From: Marsupella aquatica
Lineage: Eukaryota; Plantae; Marchantiophyta
Length of the DNA stretch: 64,000 nt
Assembly: GCA_973895155.1 (NCBI GenBank)
Contig: OZ316894.1
Span: forward strand, 10,030,379 to 10,094,378
Reading direction: 5' to 3'
Part shown: positions 61,141 through 64,000 of the stretch, in pieces
Layout of the letters: each line of letters starts with the position of its first letter
Position numbering within the stretch: the stretch's first letter is position 1
Position numbers and translations under genes: made by a program
The notes under the pieces: model-generated
Databases searched by the model: none
The model's input: only the letters and a program-made list of their open reading frames with translations
What the model was told of the DNA's origin: nothing

Positions 61141-63171
61141 GTAGCCAGTCTGCTCCACAATCTTGGGAATCATTTCTTGTTAATAGGTAATTTGGGTTTT
61201 AAGGTGCTAGTCTGCTCCACAATCTCTGGAGTCATTTACTGTTAATAGTATAATCTGGGTCCTATGGATAACCCTAGCTCTTGAAGGGGTAGGGGTTCAA
61301 CCATATCTGTCTGGACTAAGTTTCAAGCTTAAATTCCTTGATGGAAGATTTCTCAATTTGTGTTTTTAGTACTTGATGGAAGAGAGTGTGTTGTGTGTGT
61401 GTTGGGGGTGGGGGGGAGGGGAGGAGTTAGTTTTATATAAATAAAAGAGGAGATGCAAGGGATTGTTGGCTCTAGCTTGCTTAAATCACCACTGTCCCCT
61501 AAGCAAACCTGGTGGATCTAGGTTACTAAAATAAATTAAAAATGTGCTCAAGACAGTAAAAAGTGCTCTATTTGTACTCCCCCAACCTGGTGGACACTGG
61601 TGGTATAACCACACTTGTCTCAAGTAATTTACAAGCTTAAATCCTCCATGGAATACTTGTCTATTTGTATTTTTCTGTACGTGATGGAAGAGAATGTGTT
61701 CTGTGTGTTTGTGTTAAGGGGAGGAGGGGTTCATTTTTTATTAATAAAAGAGAAAATGGAAAGGGGTTGTTGGCTCTTACTAACAACACTTGTCTAGACT
61801 ACTTTTCAAGCCAAAAATTCCACAGTGGAAGATAATTTCATTTGTACTTTTTCTGTACTTGATAGAAGAGAATGCCTTGATGGAAGAGAATGTAGTGTTG
61901 TGCATTTAGGGGGTTTCTTTCTTAATCTGCCACTGGCCTAGGGGAGAAAATTAAGGGGGTGGTAGCATAGAGGTCATCTAATTTATGTGGCATTTTTTGG
62001 TGACCATTGTATTCCCAAAGCCAGGGGGAGAAGTTTATCAGAGCAATGGGAGAGTGAAGTTACTATATATGGGGCTTGCTTGGTTTCTCTGTTGCCCAAC
62101 ACACTAGTTGACTTGCCATGTGTCTATATTAGTCTCGTCTTAGCTCTCACCTTAGCATTTGCCTAACTCTTGCTCTAACTTTGACTCTTTGCCATTTGGT
62201 GTTTTCCATCCCTATTTCTTTGTCTACTTACACATTGTTTCAATGCACTGATTTCTACAACGACACCATTTTTTCAATGACACGCTTTTTGCAACAATAA
62301 CACAGGGTGAGCACCGGATGAAAAAGAGAAACGAGAGGGACAGAATGTGACAGGCGGAGACAGGAGGCCACAAGGGAAGGAGGAAAAGGTTCCCTTCCAA
62401 GCGCCATGCAACCGCACCTGCCCCCGTTGCTATAGCCTGTTTTGTTCTCACTCCCATCACTTTGGCAGCAACAATATGGTTGCAATGTCACATGGCCGTC
62501 ACAAAACATACTCCAAACAATCAATCATGCAGCACACGGACATATATTGACAGCATGGTGGTAACGACACCTTGACCACAATGACCGCATGGTGGCAATG
62601 ATCACTTGGCCGCATCAGTTGCACGGCCGCAATGACACATGAGATGCCTCAACAACTTCCTTGCTGCATCTGGATTTCTTGGCTTCGCCTTGACATATTT
62701 GTGCACCGCATTCTGTCTTTGATCACAATCATCTAATATCAGGGCTAATAATACATATTAGCGAGACAAAATAACGATTACTGTCAGGACTAGGCCTACT
62801 AAAAGTAATTTACACTAGCTCTCAATGCAACCGACTACTGTAAACCTCAGGTTTGACAAATAACTAAGCATGTGGCAACCTGTAGTCCTTGTGGAAGAGT
62901 GTAACACCATAGTGTAACCTAAGGTGTGGCCACGAGAAAAGTGCCTTAGGGTTAGGTTCCATGTGGTTGGGAGTGAGTAGTGTGCATGTGTGTCAGCATG
63001 TTTGAGCCAATAAGATCACAACTTTTCCAGGAAGTGAGAAGTATACAAATACTCTAGTAGGGAGTATGATTTTCCCTCACACTCCCTGTTAAACCCTAGG
63101 GGCACCACCAGCCCCTTATAGTGACAGTACAGAGCATTTTCATTGGCTCTAAAGTCAAAATTCATATATTT

Positions 63172-63656
63172 AAAATACTATGTACACCTTGGATTACAAT
63201 GTATTTGGGCCCGGGGGTGTTAGATGGAGTCATCCTACTCCCTGCCTGGCATACATGAAGTGTTGTCCTGAGATGGTAGGGATTGCTGAAGTAATGTGGT
63301 CAAGCTTGATGATATGCAAAGAATGACCAAAGAAAATACTATGTACACCTTGGATTACAATGTATTTGGGCCCGGGGTGTTAGATGGAGTCATCCTACTC
63401 CCTGCCTGGCATACATGAAGTGTTGTCCTGAGATGGTAGGGATTGCTGAAGTAATGTGGTCAAGCTTGATGATATGCAAAGAATGACCAAAGAAAATACT
63501 ATGTACACCTTGGATTACAATGTATTTGGGCCCGGGGTGTTAGATGGAGTCATCCTACTCCCTGCCTGGCATACATGAAGTGTTGTCCTGAGATGGTAGG
63601 GATTGCTGAAGTAATGTGGTCAAGCTTGATGATATGCAAAGAATGACCAAAGAAAA
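63172..63656. repeat. 160-bp tandem repeat x3, nearly identical
   Basis: Units start at 63172, 63333 and 63493. The only difference I saw is one extra G in unit 1. Confidence 0.96.
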
Positions 63657-64000
63657 GATATATCATGACTTGAAGAATAATTTATTAAAACACATGCAAA
63701 GAATGACCAGAGAGAAACCATAAATCATGACTTTGAGAAATGATTTATACTAAAACATCATATATAATTATAATTATAATATATACATAAATCCTATGGA
63801 ACCCAGCCCTTAAATCTCGATTTCTGCTTCCTTCTGGCAAAACCGGTAGCAGCTGCTGTATCGAAGCTGCATAATTAATCGATAGGAAGACTCTGAACTG
63901 CTGCCAGGAATTTCAAAGAAAGATGATCCCCTACACGTTGGTTTTCTCAGTGCCGGAGATGGAGTGGCATTCTGCGAATACGAAATTCCTGGGTATTGCA

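Noticed and set aside
61935-62060. Copia-like polypurine tracts (AGGGGGAGA, twice)
   Set aside because: No TG...CA LTR pair or pol remnants identified, so too weak to call.

Overview
Eukaryotic land-plant nuclear DNA, most likely a bryophyte and probably a liverwort (inferred from gene content and the CTC|G start of the U6 gene). It is not prokaryotic and has no CRISPR array. Genes reconstructed by hand from splice sites: the 3' eight exons of a plastid ABC1/UbiB atypical kinase (ABC1K6-like, +); a candidate 72-aa Gly/Pro/His/Gln-rich microprotein; an intact U6 snRNA; intronless complex I subunit NDUFB10 with a tandemly duplicated upstream region; a frameshifted carbonyl-reductase-type SDR pseudogene; a 3-exon chloroplast DnaJ J8 (-); and a 26-exon, ~2287-aa conserved plant protein of unknown function (-) with a GC-AG intron and a NAGNAG acceptor. 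Intergenic DNA is repeat-rich: two copies of a tRNA-derived SINE with TSDs, two MITEs with perfect 8-bp TSDs, a decayed PIF/Harbinger-type Myb/SANT ORF between two same-orientation mosaic repeat blocks, a probable Ty3/Gypsy protease relic, many 11-160 bp tandem repeats, and a miRNA-like hairpin at ~40.0 kb. I cannot demonstrate a new biological system. The best leads are the miRNA-like hairpin, the microprotein, the repeat-bracketed Myb/SANT cassette and the atypical U6 promoter region. Homology calls come from recalled family motifs, not from database searches.
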